Virus record (IMG/VR): IMGVR_UViG_3300009127_000250 | Coordinates: 1 to 64,000 of that record | Strand: one strand, 5' to 3' | Origin: a virus | DNA: 64,000 nucleotides | Part shown: positions 49,535-59,175 of the stretch, one piece after another | How positions within the stretch are numbered: position 1 is the stretch's first letter | How the letters are laid out: every line of letters starts with the position of its first letter | The notes under the pieces: generated by a model | What the model saw: the letters and a program-made list of their open reading frames with translations, nothing else | Databases searched by the model: none | What the model was told of the DNA's origin: nothing | Position numbers and translations under genes: made by a program

Positions 49535-52500
49535 ATGAAGGATTTACTTAAAACTCTTGGCTTCAAGCAAAAAAAGAATGGAACCCTATCTCAGAAAATC
49601 AATAAATATGAGTTAAGAATTCTTTATAACGAATCATCTCCTAAAAAGTCAAAGATTGACTATGGCGACAAAATAACGGTTTGGAGAAAAACAACTAATA
49701 ATCTCTCTAAATCAGAAAATTTAGTGATCTTGGAATGTATTATCCGTTTGTTGAAAAAAGGCTACCTTCCTGAATCGATTGAATTAGAAAAGACATGGAA
49801 ATCAGGTCACGGCACGAGTGGCCGTTTAGATATCCTCGTAAGAGACAGAAAAAAGCAAGTGTTTTCTATGATTGAATGTAAAACATGGGATGAAGAGTTT
49901 GAAAAGGAAAGAAACAAAATTCTTGAGGATGGTGGCCAGCTCTTTAGCTATTTTATACAAGAGAAGTCCACTAATTTCCTCATACTTTATGCATCTAAAA
50001 TTGGTCCTCCAATTGAATTTCTTGCCGTAACTATAGATGCAAAACCATTAAAAGGCTCAAACTCAGAGGAACTACATAGATCCTGGAATAAATCTTTTGT
50101 TTCTGGCAGTATTTTTGAAAGTGCTGCCTCGCCATATAGCCTCAAACAGAAACACCTGAAAATAAGTGACTTAAAAGAGCTGGACCAAGATACCGGCAGG
50201 GGATTGTTTAACAGCTTCGCAGAAATTCTAAGAAGGCATGCTGTTTCTGATAAGTCTAATGCATTTAATAAAATATTTAACCTTTTCGCTTGTAAAATTT
50301 ATGATGAGGATACCCATAATCTTGATGATGTTGTTGATTTTCAATGGAAGCCGAACGATACTTTACAGTCTCTGATTGACCGGCTGTCGGATTTATATTC
50401 AAAAGGAATTAAAGATTATCTCGGTGTATCAATTGATGATCAATATTTTTCGCCTTATTCAGAGTTCGCATTTATCGATATTTACAACAAGGAATCTTAT
50501 GAAGAAAATTTTGCAATCGTAAAAGAGATTGTGGAACTATTACAAAAATACCAGATTAAATATACAAAAAAACACCAATTTTTAGGGGACTTTTTTGAGG
50601 ACCTATTAAACACGGGAATTAAGCAAGAGGCCGGCCAGTTCTTCACGCCGACCCCCTTGTCCCGGTTTTTTATAAGGTCTATTCCGGTTGAACATTTAAT
50701 TGAAAATAATATTTCTGATAAAAAGCCTGATATCTTGCCAGCATTAATTGATCACGCTTGTGGCGCCGGCCACTTTCTTACAGAATCTATTGATGAAATC
50801 GAATATTTCATACAAAATCTTGATTACAAGAGACTTGTTGGTCGTACACAAAAACATTTTTTGGCAATAAAAAATGATTTCTACTGGGCTAAAGATTATA
50901 TTTATGGCATCGAAAAAGACTATAGACTGGCAAAAACGACAAAAATTGCCTTATTTCTAAACGGCGATGGAGACGCAATTGTACTGAACTCTGATGCACT
51001 TGATTCATTTCGCAAATCAAAAAAGTTCATGGGGCTTTTATCAACAAAGAAGAAAAAACAAACTAATGACGTTTTTGATATTTTAGTTTCTAATCCACCT
51101 TTTTCAGTAAGCGGATTTAAAAAAGACCTCCGTAATGGCAAATCTGATTTTAATTTCTTCCCATTAGTTTCTCCAAAAAGCAGCGAAATTGAATGCTTTT
51201 TTGTTGAAAGATCATTTCAATTACTTAAAGAAGGTGGCTTTCTTGGCATTATTCTGCCTTTAAGCATATTAAACAATGAAAACCGCGTATATATACAGGC
51301 TCGTCGCCTCCTCTTAATATTTTTCGAAATAAAGGGAATCGTTGAACTACGCGACAAAACTTTCAAGCCAACGAATACAACAACAGTTGGTATGTTTGCT
51401 AAAAAACGTAAAAAATCTGATGTTATAAATGCTACCGGTAAGCTTTTAAAATCAATTCAAGCTGGCCCAAAAAACGCATTATTAAATGAATTCTGCCAAG
51501 AATCATCATTTAAAGTTGATGATGTACTATCAATTTTAAAGCCTCTTGCATCTTTATTAAAATCTTTAAAAAAGGATAATGTTTATAAAAAAATTATTGG
51601 CAACGGACTGCCAGCCGAATTTTATCTTTTTTTGATTTATATTTTAAACAAAGAGTCATCTATTGTAATTTCTTATTCTGGCGAAAAAAAGGAGCAGGAG
51701 GATTATTTGGGCTATAGGTTTTCTAAATCTCGTGGACAGGAGGGATTAGAAATTCTATACAACGACGACGGCTCTATCGCCACCAAAATGTTTTCATCAA
51801 ATAGAAAACACGAAGAAACGAAAGTCGCATTCTATATACGAGAGGCATTTGTTGGAAATACACATGACATTAATGAAGAGGTTGAAAAACATCTTCAATA
51901 TAAAAACATAGCGTCTCTTATCAAATTTAGTAATAGTCTAATCATTGATAATCCTTCTAAACATTTCACTTCAAACAGAATAAAAATTGAAAGTAATAGC
52001 CCGTTCGGAGACTTTATTGATAATTACAAACAGAAAAAGCTTTCCTTGAAAAAGCTTTTATCTTCGGACAAGCTTTTTTATGATAGTGGGTTAATTTACA
52101 ACAAAACTGAAGCTGAGGTTCCATATGAGACAAAAAATCGGGTCCTTACCGCCAGTAATTTAGACCTTAAATCAGCCTCCATTGTTTTAGAGGATAAAAT
52201 GATTTACCTGAAAGAGGGCTATCCGGTGCCCAGTGAACTAAAGCCCAAAAAAAATGACATTATAATTTCTAATGCGAGCGGAAGCCTAACACATTTAGGC
52301 AAGGTGGCATGGGTAGATGTTGATTATCCCGAGTATGTGATAGGTGGATTTTTAGGTATTTATCGATTCAGAGATTTGAAAATTGCTAAAGCTGTGTTTT
52401 ACAGGCTTATGTCATTAAGATTTCGAAAATACATATGGAGTCTAAGAGGGCAAAATATCAACAATTTAGATTTTGATAAGGTCGATTCGTTCGGAATACA

Positions 52501-52597
52501 AATTCCAAAAGACTTAAACACTTTCTATAAAGAGGTTGTTAAAAAGGAAAAAGAGCTAAAGGAAATTAGAAAAAAACTCCTTAGTCTACATCTTTGA
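49535..52597 (+). CDS. Fused restriction-modification enzyme (type IIG/type I-like: REase, N6-MTase, TRD)
   Basis: D..IECK nuclease motif, GQFFTP, DHACGAGHFL, SNPPF, C-terminal TRD-like region; AT-rich. Confidence 0.88.
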   Translation: MKDLLKTLGFKQKKNGTLSQKINKYELRILYNESSPKKSKIDYGDKITVWRKTTNNLSKSENLVILECIIRLLKKGYLPESIELEKTWKSGHGTSGRLDILVRDRKKQVFSMIECKTWDEEFEKERNKILEDGGQLFSYFIQEKSTNFLILYASKIGPPIEFLAVTIDAKPLKGSNSEELHRSWNKSFVSGSIFESAASPYSLKQKHLKISDLKELDQDTGRGLFNSFAEILRRHAVSDKSNAFNKIFNLFACKIYDEDTHNLDDVVDFQWKPNDTLQSLIDRLSDLYSKGIKDYLGVSIDDQYFSPYSEFAFIDIYNKESYEENFAIVKEIVELLQKYQIKYTKKHQFLGDFFEDLLNTGIKQEAGQFFTPTPLSRFFIRSIPVEHLIENNISDKKPDILPALIDHACGAGHFLTESIDEIEYFIQNLDYKRLVGRTQKHFLAIKNDFYWAKDYIYGIEKDYRLAKTTKIALFLNGDGDAIVLNSDALDSFRKSKKFMGLLSTKKKKQTNDVFDILVSNPPFSVSGFKKDLRNGKSDFNFFPLVSPKSSEIECFFVERSFQLLKEGGFLGIILPLSILNNENRVYIQARRLLLIFFEIKGIVELRDKTFKPTNTTTVGMFAKKRKKSDVINATGKLLKSIQAGPKNALLNEFCQESSFKVDDVLSILKPLASLLKSLKKDNVYKKIIGNGLPAEFYLFLIYILNKESSIVISYSGEKKEQEDYLGYRFSKSRGQEGLEILYNDDGSIATKMFSSNRKHEETKVAFYIREAFVGNTHDINEEVEKHLQYKNIASLIKFSNSLIIDNPSKHFTSNRIKIESNSPFGDFIDNYKQKKLSLKKLLSSDKLFYDSGLIYNKTEAEVPYETKNRVLTASNLDLKSASIVLEDKMIYLKEGYPVPSELKPKKNDIIISNASGSLTHLGKVAWVDVDYPEYVIGGFLGIYRFRDLKIAKAVFYRLMSLRFRKYIWSLRGQNINNLDFDKVDSFGIQIPKDLNTFYKEVVKKEKELKEIRKKLLSLHL

Positions 52598-52710
52598 ATA
52601 CCTTAACTTATCCCGTGTTTGCGACAACCAGTGATTTGTTGAGACTATCTCAACTTTTATTATAGTTGGGATATTTATTGCAATTTAAAGAGATCAAGTT
52701 TCACTTCTAT

Positions 52711-52989
52711 CTAATATTCAATATTATAATGTCTTCCTATATATTCCAATAATCCCCACTTTCCTGGTGACACTCGCACAAACCTCTGTTCTCTATTTGA
52801 TTTCTCTCTTCTTTTTCTTTCGTTAATAAAATTAGAATTCAATGTTGCATCAGGAGTTTTACCTTTCATAACAAGACCAAAATCGTTAATTGCAATGTTA
52901 ATTATTTCACTTGTCCTCATTGGGCGCTTTTTTCGTTTCAATATTTCATATGCTATTTCAGTTGAAGTTCGTTTTTGTTTTGTAGCCAT
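52711..52989 (-). CDS. HARE-HTH domain protein
   Basis: AYEIL...M...EI...GKTPDATL...F....G.WGL. Confidence 0.8.
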   Translation of the reverse strand: MATKQKRTSTEIAYEILKRKKRPMRTSEIINIAINDFGLVMKGKTPDATLNSNFINERKRREKSNREQRFVRVSPGKWGLLEYIGRHYNIEY

Positions 52990-53095
52990 AAAATCCCCCT
53001 TAGAATTTTAATAATTCAGATTCACACATCAAATAATTTAGATTAAGCCAATATAACTTTCAACAATCCTTCCTCTTCAGTCTTCAGAATACTTT

Positions 53096-53209
53096 AGTCC
53101 ATACCGACAGCTTCGGCAGCTTCTCCGACCGTTCGATGATCGAGCAGAGCTATTATAGCTTTCGTCTGATATCTGGTTGCTTCCTCGACAATTTTGCTTC
53201 GTGACCTAT
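53096..53209 (-). pseudogene. Frameshifted HTH gene remnant
   Basis: GHEAKLSRKQ and KAIIALLDHRTVGEAAEAVGMD* lie in different frames. Confidence 0.4.
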
Positions 53210-53480
53210 GTATTGTATGAATTTAGATATCATGGCAGAAAAGCAAATATCATTGAGCTTGTGATTAATTGAGATTATCTTCAGTTTTTATTGGCTTGTA
53301 AAACTGACGATCCCTTGCCTAAATGGTGAATTGCACGAATTTAAAGATTACGAACCAAAATCGTGAACGCGTTATTATAATTTGATTCCGGTCACATTGG
53401 ACCAGCAAACAATTTTTTATACCAGATTATTGTGATGTTTTCAATTCAAGGTGGGCAAGCTATTATTTAATGTCCATAAT

Positions 53481-54935
53481 TTATTTAACCGCAGGCTTGT
53501 CATTGGCTTTGGCAGCACTTTTAACGCCTTCGATATTGGTTTTATCAAGGTCTTCAATACTGCCTTTATTGCCTGTAATTTCCTTATCAACTTCAGCTTT
53601 GTCCTTTTCCGACATATCCGGTAAAGTCCTTTTGGCAATGTTTTGCTGAATAAGAATTCGGTATTTTTTACTGACAACAGCCTTCATTGAGGTAATCATA
53701 TTTTCAAGGGCAATACTCAGATCGTCAATCGAAAATTCTTTTGATCGTCTAATATCGATATCCTTGTCCTCGTATTCCGTTTGTTGCCACACAAAAAAGA
53801 ACCGGACAATATTGCGCTCTGCTTCGGTCATGCTGTCCGATTTTTTGGTCAACACACTTCTTAGTTGACCATACTCATACCTTAAAGCCAATCCGGATCC
53901 CACATTTTTATTGTTGCTTTTTCGTTGTCCATGAACACCGGACAAATGCGCTATTCTGTAAATTTCATCAGCCTTCCGATCAGTCCACTTCAAGATAGCC
54001 TCAATCGGTTCCAAAACCTCTGTCTTCATCCAATCCGCTTTACCGTAATCTCCATAACTCGGATCGAACTCAACAACTGCCTCCGGCCCTGATTCGTCTT
54101 TTGATTCTCTACCTTCTTCTTCCATTGGTTTTCGCATAATTGGAAAACCCGCAAATTTGATAATTTCATCCCCCATGCTAATATCACGAATGATGCTCGC
54201 TGTAATTTTGCTGATATTAACAATATCCGATTTTCCAAGATACGGAGTATTTATTTTCTTGACATTCTGCATCCAAGTAAACGGTATTTCACCAAGTGGA
54301 TTATCACCATTTTCAATCAACTTGGGCGTTCTCCGCATGCTTACATCTTCCCAAGTTTCCCATTTGTTCGGCCACCACAAATAATATAGATCCCCATTTC
54401 GAAGCTTAAGATAAGTAAGTATAGGTCTGCCGGAATCAGGATGCTTTCCGAATTTCCAGTCTATAATATTAGGCGGAGTAAAAATAGCAACGTATGGATA
54501 AATCTTCTGCTGAATTTCCTGTTCACGGGTCTGGGTATTCGTTTGAGGCTTGTTCGTTAAAATCCCAACCGCACCGAACACGGAAGCAAGTTTTTGAGCT
54601 TCGTTCATAAAAACGTCAAAATCAGTACCGATAAGATCGCAATCCTCAAGAAACATTTCCCATTGTCGATCTTTTTTCAGTTTTTCAATCGTACGGATAG
54701 CTGCTTTTTCAGTCAGGTAAAAATTAAAAAGATCAACGATCGCTTCCGTATAATTAAAGCAAATACCTTCCTCTATTCGCATTCTCCAATTTGCCATTGA
54801 CTCCCTTAAATTCCGGTTGCCAATAGCCTTTCTAACAAAAGGCACTCCACCTTCATAAGCCAGATGATAAAAATTCCAATCATTGATATGCTTGTCATAT
54901 TCTTTGTGCTTTTTGATCAGATCTTTTCTTTTCAT
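53481..54935 (-). CDS. Portal protein
   Basis: Follows terL; N.LGEIPF and SG.AL motifs of SPP1-like portals. Confidence 0.85.
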   Translation of the reverse strand: MKRKDLIKKHKEYDKHINDWNFYHLAYEGGVPFVRKAIGNRNLRESMANWRMRIEEGICFNYTEAIVDLFNFYLTEKAAIRTIEKLKKDRQWEMFLEDCDLIGTDFDVFMNEAQKLASVFGAVGILTNKPQTNTQTREQEIQQKIYPYVAIFTPPNIIDWKFGKHPDSGRPILTYLKLRNGDLYYLWWPNKWETWEDVSMRRTPKLIENGDNPLGEIPFTWMQNVKKINTPYLGKSDIVNISKITASIIRDISMGDEIIKFAGFPIMRKPMEEEGRESKDESGPEAVVEFDPSYGDYGKADWMKTEVLEPIEAILKWTDRKADEIYRIAHLSGVHGQRKSNNKNVGSGLALRYEYGQLRSVLTKKSDSMTEAERNIVRFFFVWQQTEYEDKDIDIRRSKEFSIDDLSIALENMITSMKAVVSKKYRILIQQNIAKRTLPDMSEKDKAEVDKEITGNKGSIEDLDKTNIEGVKSAAKANDKPAVK

Positions 54936-54945
54936 TTTACCCTCT

Positions 54946-57498
54946 CTATTTCCAATACTGTTTTTTCTTACTTTTCACGAATTTAGGTTTCCCGACCCAC
55001 CTGAGAAATTGGGAAGTCGCATCCACCATATCGTCATGCTTGGAGAACGGGAATTGGCAAAGCTGTGTTTCGTAATCAACAAGCCACGCTGATTGTTCCG
55101 GTAAATACACACGGCCGGCCTCGATGATTGCGGTTACTTCACTAAGCCGAACTTGTTTATTGGCATCGGCCTTGATCGCAATAACAGGAATATTGGTGTA
55201 TCGTTTTAATTCCTGAATTAAACTCTGACCGCTGGCCCTATCTTCAACCAGGACAGGACACTGCCCTGTGGTAAAATTAAAATGTTTTTTGTTGCGTTCA
55301 TGGACTCTGATGGCTTCTTTGACAAGCTCCGGAAATTCAAGTCGCTTATTAACAACCCAAAGCAGATAATAAAGATTGTCATTAGTAACGCCCCATATAG
55401 TACAGGCTGAAGGGTCTGCAAGCTGAGATTCTTTAAACGCCGTATCCCATGACGCAACGATTTTAACGAACTTCCGTGATCCGAATTGTTTTTCGCCAAG
55501 CATTCGGTTTGCTGTTTTTTCAGCAAGAAGTTTAACCCGTTCCTTTTCTGTCATGGTTTGCCTTGAATTAACTTCAAGGTCTCTGTGTTCTCTAAAGCTG
55601 TATCTTTTAAACCAATCAAGCTTGACCATCCCACCTTCTTCGGGAAGCGGTCTTTGCTGATATTGGGAATTCCATTCTCTTGTACCAACTGCTTTTTTAA
55701 TATTTCGCAACACCGGAACATCGTAAGCATCCGGCCATAATGCCTGATCTCTTTCCCTGCCGATTTCATCCGGGCCTTCTGCGATCGCTGGCAAATCGAT
55801 AGTTACCCAACCTTCGTGCTTTTGTTCTTCAAGCAGATAGCCGGCTAGATCGTAGTAACTCCATCGGGTCATAATAAGAATAATACCGCTTTTCCCCGGC
55901 ATTAATCTCGTATATGCAACCGATTGATACCATTCCCTAAGCTTACGCTGTACAACTTCGCTTTCAGCATCAGCCCTGCTTTTAATAGGATCGTCTATTA
56001 AAAACAGATGCGCTCCACGTCCGACAGTTGCTCCGCCGACACCAACGCTAAAATAATTACCGCCTTGCAGAGTTCCGAGTTTGTTGGCGCTTTTGGAATC
56101 GCTTGATATTTCACAGTCAGGAAAAATTTCAGAATAAGTCTGGTCAATAGCTTGGTTCCTGACTTTCCGGCCAACATCACCGGCACGCTCAAAAGAATAA
56201 GTAGCAGCAATTATTTGTTTCTGAGGATTTCTTCCCAAAAACCATGCAGGAAAAAATTCACTCGTCAGCATTGTGTTGTGTGTTGGAACTAATTTGCGAC
56301 CAACAAGATATAGGCCATCTTCGCTCTCTACGCTAATTGAGTGTCCAGGTTCAGGTATGCATGGTGTAATAGATTTAATCGATGTTCTTCTGCGCAGTGC
56401 ATACCTGATAATTTTTTTACGTTTAAGACAGACCGGGATATTCAATGTTGGCTGAAATCCAATATAGCTTATCTTTTTTTTTCCAATGATTCCAGAACTT
56501 GAGGTTGTTGGCGCAATTTTAGAATTGCAAACATGCCAACCAAACGATTGCACAAGCTCGATGATATTGCGTGCTAAAACTGAATCTCCAGTAACAATGC
56601 GCACACGTGAATCCTTATCAACACTTCCATCAGTATCAATTAAGCCTGCAAGTAGCTGAAGTCTTTGTTTAACAGATGCTCTTTGGTAAATATCTGGAAT
56701 ATGTTTATTGTTTAGAAGTTTATTCTTCTTTAATGCAAGTTTAAGTTCTCTGGAATAATTTTGGTACAACACGCCAGTAGTTTTATGAATCGTACAAGTG
56801 GTTTTAAGGTATCCACACTTTTCTATATGATCCAAAACGGCAGAATCTTTAGGAGCTGCACATATTCGTGCTCTATCCGAATTACCATCACCAAGCCATG
56901 CGCCCAAGACATACGGATGTATGGGAAGTTTTGCATCAGGGAATTCAATAGGATCAATTAGCGAAAGTTGATATATAAAACGCCCAGCACTTTCTAATTT
57001 GCGCTGTTCACCGAACTTTGTAGTCGAAATAAAATATTTTGTTTCATAAGTAGCAAATGCGTTTTTCGTCCTATCCCATACAGTCCATTCATGATTTTTA
57101 TGACATTTAATTTTGGTTCCATTAGTAAATTCAATCTCAAGCGTAGCAAGGGTTTTCGGAGCAATCCAATTTATGCGCACAGGGCGGCCATTAATTCCAA
57201 AAACAAAATCTCCAATTTTTAAGTCACCATGCTTTTTCCACCCAAGTGTTGTTAAAATATCAGTATTATCAGCAAGTTGTTTGCCGTGGCGGGGCGGCAT
57301 AAAGATCATTAATCTTGTTATGTCCCCCCGCTCAACGGCCATTAAATGCTGTGCTACATACTCAATATGCGGAGCAACTTGATAGTCGTTATACATCAAT
57401 GCGGCATAAGCAAGCAGATTGGAAAACGCCAAATCTTCAACAGGTAGCGATCGCAACCTGTTAAGCTGCTGCTGTGTGGGTTGTGTCGCTATTTCCAT
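54946..57498 (-). CDS. terL: Terminase large subunit with intein
   Basis: PPRHGK/T Walker A, LIDDP, YQQRP, WDTA, HDDMVDA. Confidence 0.93.
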   Translation of the reverse strand: MEIATQPTQQQLNRLRSLPVEDLAFSNLLAYAALMYNDYQVAPHIEYVAQHLMAVERGDITRLMIFMPPRHGKQLADNTDILTTLGWKKHGDLKIGDFVFGINGRPVRINWIAPKTLATLEIEFTNGTKIKCHKNHEWTVWDRTKNAFATYETKYFISTTKFGEQRKLESAGRFIYQLSLIDPIEFPDAKLPIHPYVLGAWLGDGNSDRARICAAPKDSAVLDHIEKCGYLKTTCTIHKTTGVLYQNYSRELKLALKKNKLLNNKHIPDIYQRASVKQRLQLLAGLIDTDGSVDKDSRVRIVTGDSVLARNIIELVQSFGWHVCNSKIAPTTSSSGIIGKKKISYIGFQPTLNIPVCLKRKKIIRYALRRRTSIKSITPCIPEPGHSISVESEDGLYLVGRKLVPTHNTMLTSEFFPAWFLGRNPQKQIIAATYSFERAGDVGRKVRNQAIDQTYSEIFPDCEISSDSKSANKLGTLQGGNYFSVGVGGATVGRGAHLFLIDDPIKSRADAESEVVQRKLREWYQSVAYTRLMPGKSGIILIMTRWSYYDLAGYLLEEQKHEGWVTIDLPAIAEGPDEIGRERDQALWPDAYDVPVLRNIKKAVGTREWNSQYQQRPLPEEGGMVKLDWFKRYSFREHRDLEVNSRQTMTEKERVKLLAEKTANRMLGEKQFGSRKFVKIVASWDTAFKESQLADPSACTIWGVTNDNLYYLLWVVNKRLEFPELVKEAIRVHERNKKHFNFTTGQCPVLVEDRASGQSLIQELKRYTNIPVIAIKADANKQVRLSEVTAIIEAGRVYLPEQSAWLVDYETQLCQFPFSKHDDMVDATSQFLRWVGKPKFVKSKKKQYWK
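56275..57279 (-). mobile_element. LAGLIDADG intein (335 aa) in terL Walker A, atypical
   Basis: Starts QLADNT, HEW, LGAWLGDG, LAGLIDTDG, ends PTHN/T. Confidence 0.9.
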
Positions 57499-58024
57499 TA
57501 GAAGATTTTATTTCCTCAAATTCCACATCGATTGCATCTCCGGTAAAACCAATTTTAGGATTGTACTCAATGCCTTCCGGAAGCCGGTTACCAAGAGCAG
57601 CTAAAACAACTTGGTCGCGTTTTTCCTTGGTGATAATGGTCAGCTCACGCTTAACGCTCATTTTTTGCTCTGCATCCAGGCCGAGCAGTTTTGATCGGCG
57701 TTCTTTGATCTTCCGGCGTTCTTCCATCCAGCGTGATCCCTGATGTGGATTTTTTGCTAATTTTTCCAATCTTTCGATGCAAATTCGTTCCATGTCATCC
57801 AAATCGGCAAGCTCCCGTAATCTTACTATATGTAAATTATCGAGAGCTTCGGCTTTCCATTCTTTTTGGATCGCTTTTATGTCTTTGGTAATTGTGGAAC
57901 GATCAACGCCGAGCATTTGGGCTATTTCATAATGTTTATATCTCTTTTTAAATAGCTCACTTACCTTCACACGGCGCTCTATAATTTCGTGCATTTTGGA
58001 AGGATGAACAGGTCTTCGGAACAT
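57461..58024 (-). CDS. Terminase small subunit (HTH)
   Basis: HTH EIAQMLGVDRSTITKD, RSKLLGLDA; upstream of terL. Confidence 0.75.
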   Translation of the reverse strand: MFRRPVHPSKMHEIIERRVKVSELFKKRYKHYEIAQMLGVDRSTITKDIKAIQKEWKAEALDNLHIVRLRELADLDDMERICIERLEKLAKNPHQGSRWMEERRKIKERRSKLLGLDAEQKMSVKRELTIITKEKRDQVVLAALGNRLPEGIEYNPKIGFTGDAIDVEFEEIKSSNGNSDTTHTAAA

Positions 58025-58073
58025 AGAAACCTACACTTTTGTAAGAAAATTATTGGAAAGTTACATTTTTGTC

Positions 58074-58110
58074 TTGACATTTAATCTCACTATCAGTAAG
58101 AATTGTCAAG
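58074..58110. promoter_or_regulatory. Divergent promoters with central operator
   Basis: TTGACA at 58074 (+) and 58104-58109 (-), with TCTCACTATCAGTAAGAA between. Confidence 0.55.
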
Positions 58111-58325
58111 AAATTTATAAAGGGGTTCTGTATTTTGGGGTCTGGCCACCTTAAAAATACGAATTCAATGAAACAAAAAATCCAAGGGCAGTACGGTGTC
58201 CGTACACATCGTGCTGCCCTTTTTTTGTTTCTCCCCAAGCTAAAGCCGAGCGTGAAGCTCACCCAAGTTTTTGGCATGAAGCCAACCCAAAGGTAATACG
58301 GCGAGAAGCCGAAAGGAGTGTAAGC

Positions 58326-59162
58326 ATGTGGAAATTAAAACTCGATGAAAATGGCAATGTCGTAGTTCAGGATGGAAAACCTGTCTACATCAAAGAGATC
58401 GAAGGTGGTGAAGCCGAAGAAATGGTTTTTGATGCACCGGATGCACTGTCGAAGATCGCTGCTCTTAACAACGAAGCCAAAGAACACCGGCTGGCAAAGG
58501 AAGAAGCTCTGGAAAAGCTGAAAGCTTTTAAAAGTATTACCGATCCTGCCAAGGCTCTGGAAGCTCTCAAGACGATTCAAAATCTTGAGGATGAAGAATT
58601 AGTCAAGGCTGAAAAGGTCGAAGAATTGAAAAAGCAACTCGGTGAAATTTACGAAACCGAGAAAACTCAGCTTGTTACGGAACATGAAAAGATTGTTGGT
58701 GAAAGAGATACAACGATTGCCGATCAGGAAAACACCATTCGGCATCTTTCGCTTACGTCTGAATTCGCCAAGAGTCCCTGGTTTAACGGCGAGAAGCCTA
58801 AAACCATTCTGCCACCGGACATGGGCGCTGACTTTTTCGGAAAATACTTCAAGGTTGAAGGCTCCGGAAGGGATGTAAAAATCGTCGGTTATCTTAACGG
58901 TGCAAAAATCCTTTCCAAAGATCCGCAGAAACTTGGCGAACCGGCTGGTTTTGAAACTGCCATTTCAGCGATTGTTGAAGCTTACCCCGACAAAAACAGA
59001 ATTCTCCGTTCGACCCCGGGAGGTCCAGGGGCGCACGGCAACGACAACATCGGAGAAGGCTCAATTATCACCCTTTCTAAAGCAGAAGCCAAAGACCCAG
59101 GCACTTATAAGGCTGCCAGGGACAGGGCGGAAAAAACGGGTGCTTCTCTGAACATCGTTTAG
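58326..59162 (+). CDS. Capsid scaffolding-like protein (DUF6651-like)
   Basis: KLKLDENGNVVVQDGKPVY, coiled coil, precedes capsid gene. Confidence 0.75.
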   Translation: MWKLKLDENGNVVVQDGKPVYIKEIEGGEAEEMVFDAPDALSKIAALNNEAKEHRLAKEEALEKLKAFKSITDPAKALEALKTIQNLEDEELVKAEKVEELKKQLGEIYETEKTQLVTEHEKIVGERDTTIADQENTIRHLSLTSEFAKSPWFNGEKPKTILPPDMGADFFGKYFKVEGSGRDVKIVGYLNGAKILSKDPQKLGEPAGFETAISAIVEAYPDKNRILRSTPGGPGAHGNDNIGEGSIITLSKAEAKDPGTYKAARDRAEKTGASLNIV

Positions 59163-59175
59163 CGAGGTAAAATAA

